64,000 nucleotides of DNA from Narcine bancroftii (taxonomy: Eukaryota), in NCBI RefSeq assembly GCF_036971445.1, contig NC_091476.1:31372001-31436000 (forward strand). Reading direction: 5' to 3'. A program made the position numbers and the translations under genes. The notes beneath the pieces were generated by a model. It was not told where the DNA came from. It worked only from the letters and a program-made list of their open reading frames with translations, and made no database searches. Below are positions 48,031 to 61,459 of the stretch, piece after piece; position 1 is the stretch's first letter, and every line of letters begins with the position of its first letter.

Positions 48031-51000
48031 TTTTAATGATGAGGATTGACAAGGGGAACTTGATGCATTTGGACTTTAAGACCGATGTTAACTAGAAAAC
48101 TTCTTGTTCAAGTTTATGCTGGGCACTTTTGGAGTAGAATAGGAGGTGGGGAAAAAAAAAGATATATTAGGGAGAATCTAAAATTGTTACCTGAGCATGC
48201 CACTCTACTAAGTTTGGCATAAAAGGGCAATCTCATCAAAAGATAAAATTCTTGTTGAACTTCACAGTCGATGTACATCTGATGATATTATGGTTTTTGG
48301 TTGTCTTGAACCTATGTTTCATCTTAAAGGTTTGGCAATTCAGGACGGAGAGGAAAAAAAAACTTCACCCATGATTTTTCTTCTTCTCCTCCAAGAGGGC
48401 TGTGGGGGCCCAGTGGCTGAAAATATTCTCATCAGGTATTGATAGATTTTTGGATCTAATAAAGTGGCATTAAGGTGGAAGGTCAATTCTTAACTTATTT
48501 AAAAACTGGAGCAGGCATAACAGGTGAAATGCCTACTCCTGCTTCTTGTACCTTTGTGAAATGGCAATGGTGAAGGACTCCTGCGGACATTCAAACAGAG
48601 ATCAATATTGAGGGTTTAATGCCAGATAAACATTCAGCCAATTTGTTACAATGAACCACAAGAACCATTGAAATGCTGCTCCTTCACTTGATCTTGCCTG
48701 GATTTGACTCTCTTCATCCTCATTGAACCAAGGCAAAATTGCACACAATTGTATTATTAGGGTAAATATTTGTGTGTGAGATTTACTCTGTCTTGGTTAA
48801 AAATATTGACTACTTTTTTTTACACAGAGATTGAAGAATGCCAATGTCTGAAAGATTGATGGATCCCTTTCTGTAAATGGACCTTCCACCTGACATTTAA
48901 TAATATTGGCGTGCACTTTCTGATTCCTTTGTAGAGGTAGCTCTGCCTGAGGATTGGCTGCCATACCATACCTAGTTCTGCCAGACGTTGAGCAGTGTCA
49001 TCTCATGAGGACTTTCATCTGGGGTGGACCAACCAGGAGAACTTCCACCTCACAGGAAGGGTTTAGGACAACCTATCAATGCCCTCAAATTTTGGTTTTT
49101 GCCTATGGCTTCTCTTTAAGAACCTTGCTCACACACTGAACTGGATTCTCAATAATCACTGTGCCAGAGTTCCACTGTACTACCTTCCTGTGCAAATTAT
49201 TCTATGCACCCTGCCAATATTTTACCCAAGTCATGTCTGTCTTTTTATAGCTTTGATTTCTTAATGCTCCAATAGCCTAATGCTCACATCAATTAACCAT
49301 CCTGTGGTGTTCAGAACTTAACACCAATTCTGTTCTTTCTTTTGTATGTGAGCTCCTAATGTTTTATTTATCTTTCCTTCCTGCACAAATCGTTCATTGG
49401 TTTGTACACAGTCGGTAAATTTTAATTTGTTGATTCTGCAGATGCTTGTCTAAGCTTTTAACTGGTTTTAACACAATTTCTCTCTATTTCTGATGTCCAA
49501 ATGGCTTTAGTGTTTTGCTTTTAGTTAACATATCTGCCAATGCTTTCCTGATGTAATTTGAAAGGAATTCCATCATCCCTTTGTCCCCCAATTTGCCTTG
49601 GAAATTCCCTTTTTTAAAAACTCTACATGAAATCTTCCACATCTGATGCTCGATCATCTGGTCATGTGCTATTGGCCCCAAATCAGTTTGAAACCCAGAG
49701 GTTGCACAGCAGTCTACAATACTGTCACAAAACTACACTGACAGGAATTCAATCCTGAGCTTGCGTGCTGATTGGTTTCTAAGTTGTACGTTCCTTCCAT
49801 GACTGCTTGGCTTTCCTTCAGGTGTTCTGCTTTCCTCCAAAGTCCCTAAAACAAATATTTGAGAGAATAGGTTGCAGGGAATGGGATTGATACTGTGGTT
49901 CTGACTACAGGCATAGACTTGATGGTAAAATAGCTGTCTTCTATATCAGAAAATTTGAAATCTATTGGAAATTTTGCCCTCTCCTCCCTATCTCATTCAA
50001 CGGGTGTATTTACTAGAATTGGTGATTTATGTAATTCGAAACCATTGTAGATACCATTTACTTTCCCTTTCTGTTATTTAATTAGCACATATACATTATT
50101 TTGATATCGTCACTTGCAAAAAGTATTGAAAAATATTTAATCTGTCAAATTTTCATTGTTAACAAAATATTTTCAATTCTATGAACAATTCTATCTTGAC
50201 TTTATTCTATGATGCTTGTCAATCCTTTAACATTTTCTTTATTACATCTTCAAGGTAACTGTAGCACGTCGTTCAGCCTTCCTTTCCATTTTCTCAGCAC
50301 ATTTTCTGTCTCCTTTACTCTTTGCTTGTCATTGTTTCCCTGGTTATTCCATGTTCATCTCATTTGATTTTCAGTAGAGCTTGTAAAGTTTCTTTTATTG
50401 TCGTGTAATAATTTATTAAAAAATTAACATGCATGATATACTTTAACTTTTCCCTGCCATAAGTCAGAGTTTCCATTAATGTTGCCTCTTAATGTACAAG
50501 AGAAAGATGCGCAAGAATGTCTCATCAGATGCATTGAGTGTCCATGATTCACCTCTAACTCGGCCCTATTCGATTCAACCACAACCTGAGCTCCAGATCC
50601 AAACCTCTGATTTGATCAGGAAGCCTTTAGCATCCGAGGACCTTCAGGATCCTTCTTGCTCTTGAATCCAGGCTCTGATATCTGGTTACCATAAATCCGT
50701 CTCCAGCAGGTCCACAGCCCGTGCAGGAGCCTGACCACAAGTCGCCCAGAGTCTGTGTTGGTCCCTCAGCCACTGAGCCCCCTGCTGCCGTGGTCACCTT
50801 TTCTGTTAATTTAATCTGATCGGAATGTGGTAACTAATTTTGTTAAGTATCCACTACATTTTTTTTGGCCTTTTGTAAACTTTCCTTTCTCATTGGACTC
50901 AGTGCCAGATTCAACTGTATTTTGATAAATGTTGCCTTTTATTCTTATTCAGTATTCTCATTTTTATAAATTTGGGTTTTGATTTTCACGGTTTGAACTT

Positions 51001-54000
51001 TATTATGTTGTGATTACTGTTTTGTAGCTTTATTATTACATGGGTTTCTCAGAATTGAATCACATTGGAGCTTCTTTCATTAAATAAGGAAGGAAAGGTA
51101 GTCATCCTTGGAGGCTTTCCAAAGGCTGTTCACTACTTTGGTCATTATGTACCTCTGTGCCTTATTACAGCTAAAAATTACACGTGGAATTAAAATTGGA
51201 TCAGATGCGCATGTTCAGAGATAGGAAGGCCATAATAAAAATGAATAATTAATGTGGGTGAGTGAGATGTAGTTTGTGGGAAGAAATTGGTAAATATAAA
51301 AAGGCCACAAGGGAAATCTTTGTAGTTTGCCAAAATAGACATTGCTTAAGGGACAACAAAGAAATTTTGTCAGATACAAGCTACGATGATCTATTTAGTT
51401 AGTTTGTGCATTTGAAGTTTAGTTCCATCAGTAACCGTGGATTCTAATCTTCTGGTGCTTTATTCTCTTCCTCACCCAAGGTCATTTTGTTCTTCAAAAT
51501 TCACTTAATTTTTTCCAGATTTAAATGTTGGCTTTGGTGCAATTTGCCTTCTGTTCATTGTTCATATTCTTTCTACATACGTTATTGTTCTCAAAAGCCG
51601 ATATTGACGAGAATTTTCTACAGCAGATGACTGGTGTCTTCAAACAGGAAACACAGGAGAAGCTGCAGTCAAATGGAACTGGGATCATTTTGAATTTGCT
51701 ACTTGTTCCACCTTTGTTGAATTATAATCATCATAGTTAATGACTTTTTTTCCCCCCAATATCTGACCATCTGTGAAGGGCGTTGGACAAAGTAGTGACT
51801 CTGTCTGCCTTACAGTAGACAAAAGTTAAAGAATTTCATGTATGTTACATTGTAATTGTAGTACTACATGATAATAATGGAACCTTTACATTCTGATATT
51901 CATAGAATAGTTAAACCAACATCAAATTAACTATCCATGTCCAGTTTTTTACTTCTTGCCTGTTGGCCTCGAGTCCTCCTGCTGTCCATTCTTCCCTCCT
52001 CCCTCAGCCTTTTAATTCGGGTGCCTGGCTGCTTTTTTTCACCTTCAATAAATGCTCAGTCCTGAAAAGTTGGTTGTATATCTTTAGCTTCCATGGATGC
52101 TGTGAGACCTGCTGAGTTCCTCACTTTTTAATACAAACACGACGACTGCAGGTTTTCATATTTCTAAGCAAAAAGAGCAAATTTTGCCTTTGAATTTAAC
52201 CAAGCGTTATAACAGCAGCACCTCATTGCATTTTCCTCTGGTACTAGTGATCTCACCAGCAATTCGCTTATTGAGCAGAAGAGAGGAATTGTGTGGCCAA
52301 TAAAGTCAGCTCATTTCATCATGGTCTGACCACATGAGGAATAAGATGAGCTGGTTCTTGTGTTTGAAAATTCAGTTTTATTTGAAATTTGATTTTGTCC
52401 ATTTTAATTTGGTGTCTTTTTTTAATACAGGAATGGACTGCTTTTTTTTTTAGAAAAAGAAATAAGGTGCTGAATGAAACTAGTAAATTCAAGAATATTT
52501 TCTTCACTCTTGTGGGCAGATTTGTGTTATTCAACATTAACTTGAGCTATTTGTGCAGCAAAAACAAGATTATTTTATTTGAATAGGAGAATCATGATTT
52601 AATTTGGGTCGTAACATGAAATTGCAATGATCCTCTGCTACATGTCAATATAAAAGTCAAAATTAAATTGTAGTTAAAATTTATGTGTTTAGAATGTCTA
52701 GAGTGCAAGCTACATCGAATTTTCCAAAAGAATAAATGAAGAATTACATTATTTCTGATATATTTTAATTCAGAAACTTTGAATTCAATCACATTGCCAA
52801 ACCATATTTTTCAAATTAGACTACATAATTGCCTCCTTATTTAAAAGGATAATATACCAATAGAAATGTATATTATCAAGTATTTTAAACTTGCAGTTTC
52901 AAGAGTCAGTTTATTCTAGATGTATGGTTGGTCTGCTTAGTTCATCTGCTCTCTTGTGCATTTGAGATTTGGGTTTTGATTCTGGTTTCATTGCACTTTC
53001 TGTGAGAGTGAAGTATAATAGAACAAAGCTCTCTGTTTTTACTTTAACATACAAATTGTTTATCGCCCCTTTTCGAATTTATTTTGACCTCCCATTGCTT
53101 TTTAATGTGTTAATCTTGTCACTCCGCCAAATGCTAGACAAATGGCCTTTTGCCTAGAACTCTGCCTGCTGTACTTTTGACCTTGCTGATGATGCATGAA
53201 TGAGTCAAGGAGACTTCTCTGATGCAACTGTGATATTTGCTTTTTTCCTCACCCCCCCCACCTCCCCCTTTGGGAACTGCCAGACTCTATTTAAGTACCC
53301 TCGTGACAACATGAGCAAAGTGGAAAGTTAATCATTGTAGTTCAATGGAGCAAGATATTGATGCTTCTCTTCAATATGGGTTTTTAGTGTGTATGCACAG
53401 ATGAATATGTCAGAATTTGGTTAATCTGTACGTTTGACTTTGAAGCAATCCTCTTATAGCATTAGCTAACCGATTTACATGAGCCACATTAAATATTGGA
53501 TTTTTACTTTATCGGATTGCTTCTTGTAAAATTAAAGTAAGTTGGCTTAAAATTAGTTGTCTCATTATCTTGAAGAACAAATCTAAACATCTGAGACTCT
53601 TACAAATATCAGAAATATGGTTTAAGTATTCTGGCCAAGGTATTCAACAGGGGGCTTGATAGCAGACTGCTGGTCTCGGCCAGAGTTGTTCATGAATGAT
53701 GTTTCCTTGTCTGTGAAAGTGAAATGATCTGATCTTGTTGAAATGGATTCAGACCAAGAGTGAATATTGACCTGCTTTTTGACACATTCAGAAGGATTTC
53801 TTGGTTCATTAACTGAATTCACAATAATGAACCAACCAATTCGTGGAAATAAGAAAAATAATTATTTGTCGTGATCAGTTGCAGGTACAATCACATTTAA
53901 TTTTGAGGAAGTAAAGAAGAATTTTGTGGGGCTGTAATTTTGGGGGAAAAATAATTGTGGCAGAAAATCATTTGCATTGATATTTTTTTGTGTCCATGAA

Positions 54001-55327
54001 TTCCATGCTGTTGGAGGAATGTTTAACTTGGTGCTGGTCAAGTGAAACTTTTTTGCATAAGTGGTGCATTATGCAATCTTTCCTGTGGTGATGCACATTA
54101 ACCATATGTACTTTGGGAAGTCGCATGTGCCACAGAAACCAAACCTGTGTTACTTTGTCAATTGCTGCAAGTCGGTAGAACTTGGACTGGTAAATAATGA
54201 GTGATGCCAAAATTGGTTCCTTTGCTTCTCCACTGGTGGCAGAGGTGGACAGCTGGAGAAAGAACTGAAAACCTTGAAGGAGAAACTATCTTCAAAAGAC
54301 ATGGAGGGTCTGTCCTGAATTGCAACATCAGTTCCACATTGTAGCAGTGGTACAATGTGAAACTGTTGTGCTCTGTTGCATTAGGCTCTCCATCAAAGAT
54401 GGAAGTTAAGGTGCATTAACATCCCAGCATGCTTAGTCTCTTCTGCTTGGACCTGCTTTGCTCTGTATTGTTGTCCATGCTGCTCTTAGTTGCAAATGTA
54501 TGGGCTTTTCTGGCAGCTGCAGTGTCAAGTGCATATTTCATGTTGTCAATGCTGTGTTTCTGGCATGACTGGTCATTTACATGCATGAACCAGCACAATC
54601 GCTCTGTTCTTACTTTGTTTCAGGATTGCCAATCACATCAATGTTTTTCTCCTACTTCAATCCTGTTGCACTTAAATGATTTATTTTCTGTGCCAAAGTG
54701 TTTCATGAGTGACAAATGACCCTAATTAAGCAATCACACCTTGATACCAAGTTGAAATCAACTCAGCTGTGGGTCTAAACCTCATGCCTGTTCATGCTGA
54801 TTATTGTTCAAACACTCAATACACATTCCCAAGATCAGTCAAGCAAGAATAAATTGTTGGAAACCCTTTTTCAGATCTCCCATTTGGTTTTTATTGTGTC
54901 CACTTTTCCTGCTTCTCAAATTCCATTAACTGTGACATAATTTTGATATTTGATGGAAAATGTTAAAAGTTCATGTTTGAAACGTTATTTTGTTCAGATG
55001 ATCAGGGAGGATCAACACATTCAATATAAATGGATTTTCTAATTGATAAAATAGAACATAAACACATGTTTGAGACATGAATTGTGAGCAGTTCCATAGA
55101 TGATGTTTGTCCTTTCTATTCCAATATTTCCTATTGATATCGTCAGCTTCAAAACAACATTGCTACTAAATCTACACGTATTTCACTTCTGAAACATGAG
55201 GAAGGGCGATGATTAAACTTAAACACAATGGCCAGACATTCAGTATGATTTATAATGCTCAGGGACAGAATGAAAATGTGAATTGTATTGTTGAGGGTGT
55301 ATCTGTTGGAGTACATAGGGACTGGGG

Positions 55328-55665
55328 TGTGGCGGAAGAAGATTATGCTGGTATGCCATCATGTTGAAATTTTTGGAATAATGAGATCACACCTGAAGTT
55401 GTCGGCCAGAGAAGAGTAGAAGCATTTATTGATGTGCTGTCAGGCTTAATATAGACACAAAATATCTGAAGTGCAAACGACCTCGTGACGTAGCTATGTT
55501 GAGTAGGCCAAGGCTTCTTAGTAGACCTACGGGTTCTGCTAAATCACTAAGCCTAGTGGCTGTATTGGCTAATTGCGAGTAGATAGGAGGCTGCTGTATT
55601 TAGCTGTCAAAAGACGGGAGCTGTTAGCATTGGTTCTGCCCATTCCCTTCAAGCGTACTGCTACA
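55328..55665 (-). mobile_element. Solo LTR (338 bp, Gypsy-like) inserted in a SINE head
   Basis: TGTGGCG..TGCTACA termini; TSD gggg/ggag; minus-strand AATAAA (55425-55430); removal restores SINE gggactggggttcgaattc. Confidence 0.65.
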
Positions 55666-55852
55666 GGAGTTCGAATTCTGCATTGTTTGTAAAGAGTTTG
55701 TATGTTCTCCCCATGGTTGTGTGGTGTTTCTCCCAGGGCCTCTGCTTTCCTCCCACCCTTCAAAAGCGTACTGGCGATGTAGGTTAATCAGGGGTAAATT
55801 GAGCACCATGGACTTGTAGACCGAAATGGCCTGTTACAGTGTTGTATGTCAA
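55666..55852 (+). mobile_element. tRNA-derived SINE (3' part, downstream of LTR insertion)
   Basis: gttcgaattctgcattgtttgtaaagagtttgtatgttctcccc..ggcctgttacagtgttgtatgtc. Confidence 0.8.
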
Positions 55853-57169
55853 AATAAGGGATGAAGGTGGTCAATATAATTTTGATTATGCTACACTTCA
55901 TCAGATGCTTTATGATTATTTAAAAAATAGACAGTGCACATTGTAGGTGTAACATTTTAGCCATCATGCAAAAGGAAACAAATTCAAGGAATGGGAATTC
56001 AACGGAACGCCATGGGATTGTGCACTTTGGTGAGAAGAAAACAAAAGCTCAATAATTTAAATGCTGAGACACTGGTGGGCATTTATGCATTGAGACTGGG
56101 GGAGAAAGCAGATGCAGGTACAGGAGGTAATTTAGAAGGCAATTGACCTTTATCACTAGTTAGAGTACAATAATAAGGAAGTCTTGCCATGATTGTGTTG
56201 GAGATGCTGGGATTATATGGGATATTGTGTGCAGTTGTATCTCTGAACAGTGACACTGGAATCAATGCAGCATAATACAGAAAGATCTTTCCTGTGTTAA
56301 GGTAATGGTCCCAATGAAGTGCAATCAAGGCAAATTGGTCAATATTTATTGCATTATCCAAGAATGATAGGATACAAACAAGATTCTGAGAAAGATTGAG
56401 AGTGAAGATGAGTGGATTTGTTTTTGGTGGAATTCAATATTAGTGATGGTCTCAGTCCTAAAGGTGGTTTAAATCTGTGGAATTCTGTTCTTGTGTGGAC
56501 TCTAGCTGTCTATGATTAAACTAATTGAAACGGAGATCAATAAACTTTTATGTACTAAACTTTTGGTGATGAGGTAAGAAAATGGAAAAAGAACAGAATT
56601 GTTTTTGGATGGTACAGTTTGTGCAATCCTACTTCAGAGCCAGTGACCAAATCCAATGCTGTCTGCAAGGAGCTTGTAAGTTCATCCTCCATGGATTTGT
56701 TCCTTGTGTTCTGGTTTTCTCCCTTGCTCCAAAACAAGGGATTGGAAGGTTAATTAGATGGTACGGTTGTCATAGGTCAGAAGTAGCTTTTACCATTATC
56801 ATTAAAGTTAAATAAAAACTTAAGGATCATGTAACTGCTTTCTGCTTTTTAAAAATCAAAGTAATTGGAGAACAGATCTGAAAGTTCAGGAACTCAATAA
56901 TATTCTTTTCTCATTTCAATTTTGTGAATATGGAAATTAATATCCTGTTCCAGAATATAATCACAAATAGTGTACACGGGAAATTCAATCATACTTTTCC
57001 TGCTGTAAATTTCACTTGCCTGAATTAGCCATTTCCTTGTTGGTCAGACACATGGTCAATTGTCAATGCAACCTGGAGAAGTTTGTTCACATTGAGTTGA
57101 GGTGCAGCAGTTGTTCAGCACTTAGTTTTGCTCTCACAACCCCAGCATGTTCCCATCCCATTGCTTGAT

Positions 57170-57370
57170 TTGGACATTTACAGCATGGTAAAAGGTCATA
57201 TCAGCCCATGAGCCCTTGCTTGCTGCCCAATTGGTTTACAACCCCTGGTATGTTTTGAATGTTGGGAGGAAACTGGAGCACAAGGAGAAAACCCACGCAG
57301 TCACAATTTGAATCCTGGTCTCAATCACTGGGTGCGGTAAGGGTATTGTGTTAACTGCTACACTAACCTT
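57170..57370 (-). mobile_element. tRNA-derived SINE
   Basis: Same family, reverse orientation. Confidence 0.7.
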
Positions 57371-59019
57371 AGTCAATAACAATCTAACTAATGGAGGTGG
57401 GAGTTCCTAGAGAATATCCCAGCACACAAATAGGAACCAAACTCCAGCTGAAATTCAATGTACTGACTTCATGAAACCCACGCCCCCAAATGCATGACCC
57501 TCACATGATATTTTCCAAGGACTGACTTGCTGAACTGAAGCCTCTGGTTGATGAACCAACATGCTCCATTTCATCATTGCAGGGCCTAAACTCACCCAGC
57601 CTTTTGGTATTACTCTTCACACTGATGATTAATAGTTGGGCTTTGGGCATTCAGTCCTCTGATAGATCAACCCTACACTTTTTGTTGGTGACCATCCCAC
57701 CTGAACTCCAATCCGAGAGCCAGCCTTGGCCATTTTCCTTTGAGAATTGGCAGAGGATATGAAATGGAGGCAATACCTTTGTTCAATTCAACAGTGCCTA
57801 AGGCACTGCAAACTGGCGACTCATAACAATAATATTTGTTATGTTAGGTTCTAACTTACTGACGTGCCCCTGCATGCTATGGGGCTTTTCTCTCCAATCT
57901 ATAAATAATTTGGGAATTGCCACTTGTTAGGAGGCTTAATTTGTTATGTGGTGTGTGCACATATATGTGGACAGTTACAAGTCCATTTGGTCAGGTACAT
58001 GGACAGGAAAGGATTCGAGGGGTAATTGGACTATTTTGAGTAGGCAACTTTGTCAGTTCAGAGAGAATTGGCTGAAATGTTGGTTTCTTTTCTGTTAAAC
58101 TTTCTGACTGTTCACTACTCACTCCTTGTTTACTAAGATGCAGCCTCCGAAATGCAAGCCAAACAAAAATGGAACGACTAAAAGAAAAAAATTCAATGTT
58201 TTTAAATAAAATCTATTCTGTAAATGTATTGCTATTATGTACAATACAGCAAGAAAAGAGAGGAGATACTCATCTTTGGTTACCAGTCCCAAGCAGGTAC
58301 ATGGATATAGAATGTTAGAGGAGCTTGGCTGTAAGGTATGGTGTCATGATATTAAGGGGTAAAGTAAAAGAAGAAGAAGGGAGAGATCCACATGGCTGAA
58401 TCATTTTTGAAATAAAATATCTTAGTTTAGGACAGTTATTGGGTGTTGGTCAATATGTGAAAAAGATTCAGAATAGGAATTAATTTAGTGAAATATAATT
58501 CTTAGTCCAGTTTGTTTGCAAGCTATGGAATACACCAGAAGAAATTCTGTTTGGAGGTTTGATTTGTCCAAATTTTTCCCCAAAACAGAACAGTCCAGTT
58601 AAAGAATTGACAAATCCAGTCAAGTCATTTTTCACATTAGTTCCAATAATACTGCGTTCCAAAACAAATGGAGAGTGAAAGTAGGACACCTGTTCCGGCT
58701 CTCTGGGAACTGCAGCGTTCAAGTAGAAAGCTGCATGAAGCAGGCAGGTTTGTGGATTAATCTGACTCATTGCCATTGATCTGAAATAAAATTAACTCAA
58801 GAATTTCTACTCCATATAATGATGCAAAAGTACATTGGCTCCTGAAGTCTGTTCCAGAAGATGAAGGTGGAATTTGTATGCCAACTGGAAAGGCTCGTGT
58901 GAAAACTCGGAACTTTTGGAAGATTTTTTGAAACACTGGTCGGGTATAGAATTGGAATGTTTCGATTAAATGATGTCTTCAAAACAGGAAGAGAAAGGGG
59001 AAAAGTGTCAATAGAGATT

Positions 59020-59225
59020 TAGGAACAGCATAGTTAGTGGTTATTGCAACACTTATTGAGCCAGCAACCTGGGTTTGAATCCGGTACTGTCTGCAAGGAG
59101 TTTGTGCATTCTCCCTGTGTCTGCTTGGATTCCCTCCTGCACTTCAACTCATTCAGGGGGCTGTAAGTTAGTTGGGGTGGTACGGGCTCATGGGCTGTAA
59201 GGCCCTGTTACAGTGCTGTATGTCA
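59020..59225 (+). mobile_element. tRNA-derived SINE
   Basis: gccagcaacctgggtttgaatccggtactgtctgcaaggagtttgt. Confidence 0.75.
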
Positions 59226-59419
59226 CATACATAATTTTATATATATTGAGATGAGAGCATTTCACTTACCAGGAAAGTGCAGGAGTAGACCTATATACAG
59301 ATCTGAACAAGGAATGTGAATTCTGCAGAAATGAGGAAAAATTGGAAGATGTGGTTTTGGTGTAACTACCTTTGTTGATTATAAAATGAAAACTGAAGAT
59401 TTTGAATAATATAAAGTGT

Positions 59420-60780
59420 ATAATAAGCACTTGAGAAATGGGAGCCGGACCAGACCACCCAGCCCATTGAGCCCGCTCCACCATGAAATCATGGCTGATC
59501 TGGCCATAATCCTTAATTCTCCCACCATGATAAAATCTATCAAACTGCCTATTAAAGCTATATATGTGGCAGCTCAATTGCTTCTTGGGCAAAGAATTCC
59601 ACAGATTCATTACTTTCCAAGAGAAGCAATTCCGCCTCATCTCCATCCCAATTGTGCGCCCCTGAATTTTGGGACAATGACCACTAATTCTAGTCTCACC
59701 AAAAAGTGGAAGTTGCTTAAGTTATTAGCAAACTTGGATACACTGCACTCTTTTTTCCAAATTGTTGATCTATATCCTGAACAGACCCCTGTGGGATTCA
59801 GCTGACCTCGGCTTGCTTTTGAATCAAGAACACATTTATTGCAACTCACGACCTTCTGCTAATTAACAACTCCTCTCTCCGTGCTATGATATTACCCCCA
59901 GCTCCATGCATCCTTGCCTTAGATTAGTCTTTTATCCATTAACTTTATTGAATGCCTTCTGGAAATTTGATATTTAATATCCACATGTTCCCATGTACCC
60001 ACTGTTCTCTTATCCGTAAAGAACTTAAGTAAATTTGTCAAATGGAATCTGCCCTTCCTGAACCCATACCTCGTCTGTCTGACAGAACAATTGCTATCCT
60101 GATATCTTGCTATTTTTTCCCCCCTACCCCCTCAAAGATGGCTTCAAGTGTTTTCTTGAATGGAAGTCAGGCTAATTAGCCTCTGGTTACTGCCTTCATC
60201 TCTTTTTAAATAGTGGGCCAACATCTGCTGCCTTCTTATCTGCCAGAACCTGTCCTGAGAATTTTAGCAAATGATCACAAATGCTTTTATGAAAACATCA
60301 GCATTTTCTTTCATTACCTTAGGATGTATTCCATCAACAACAGGGGACTTAATTAATGTTTAGCAGTTGTAGTGTGATTGCATTTAGTTCCTCGCCACCA
60401 TTGTGTCCTTAATTTCACACTTTGCCTGTTAGATGTCTTCTATTGAGATGACCAACACAAAATAGTTGTTCAAGGCCTCAGTCATTTCTGCTTTCCCTAA
60501 CATTGATTTCACATTCTGATTTCCATGTGATTAATGCAAAATGTAGCCACCTTTTTTGCTCCAATATAATGATTAAAAATTTCTGATCTTCGATAGGACA
60601 TTATGAACTTGTGTACAAATATGGGAGGATGAAAGCAATACCATTTGGATAATCTTCGTCCACAACTCTGCATCATTATCATCTGCAATCCCTTTTTTCT
60701 TCATTTTGTTTCAGTACAATGTGATCAACAACTGATCATAAATCTGTTGCCCTTGATATTTTGCCACCTTAATATAATCT
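59420..60780 (-). mobile_element. Old CR1 fragments (3' end at 59420-59700; RT relic 59880-60780)
   Basis: EMRRNCFSWKVMNLWNSLPK; aatgccttctggaaat (DFQKAF reversed); caggctaattagcctct (RLISL reversed). Confidence 0.6.
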
Positions 60781-60934
60781 CACCATTTAGGTGAATTGAT
60801 CAATCTCTACACTTCTTCACAAGCGTAAATGGGTGCAGCCAAACTTTTAGGCAACTTTACATCCTCAAAACATTTATTACATAACCAACACTTTTTCTGA
60901 TTGTGTGAGATACCCAGTGCACATTTTATTAGTA

Positions 60935-61440
60935 GAGATAGTGGAGAGCACCAGGTTCCTTGGAGTTCATTTAACTAGTGACCTATTGTGAACATCTCAC
61001 TTGTCAGGAAGGTGCAACAGTGACTGTATTTCCTGAGAAGACTGAAGCGGGCAAGGCTACTAGCTACCATTATGTCAACTTTCTATAGGAGCTCCACCAC
61101 TGTGTGGTACAGTTGCTGCAAAGAAATGGTTTGGAGGTCAATCCACAAGATCAAAAAAGTGAGAGGATCACGGGAGTCTTCCCCCCGGCCCCCTCCGTCA
61201 ACCATGATCTACTGGGATGGTTTCCTGAAGAGGGCACACAAAATCACTGAGGATCCCTTGCACCCTGCACTCAGTATCTCTCAACTGCTCCTATTCGGGA
61301 AGAGATACAGGAGTATCAGAGACAGCACCAGGTTGAGGAAGAGGTTTTTCCCATGGGCAGTGAGAATGCTGAATGACCAAAGGAACTGCCTCCACTAGTA
61401 ATCCAAGACTCTCTTATTCATGGAGCCATATTTATTTATT
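60935..61440 (+). mobile_element. Rex/Babar-like LINE 3' fragment
   Basis: RFLGVHL..KVQQ*LYFLRRL..STFYR..KITEDPLHPA..GKRYRSIR..TRLRKRFFPWAVRMLN. Confidence 0.8.
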
Positions 61441-61459
61441 TGAAAATTCTGGTTTTCAA

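Noticed and set aside
53600-54720. Cluster of short ORFs as a DNA-transposon or viral relic
   Set aside because: No motif I could assign with support.
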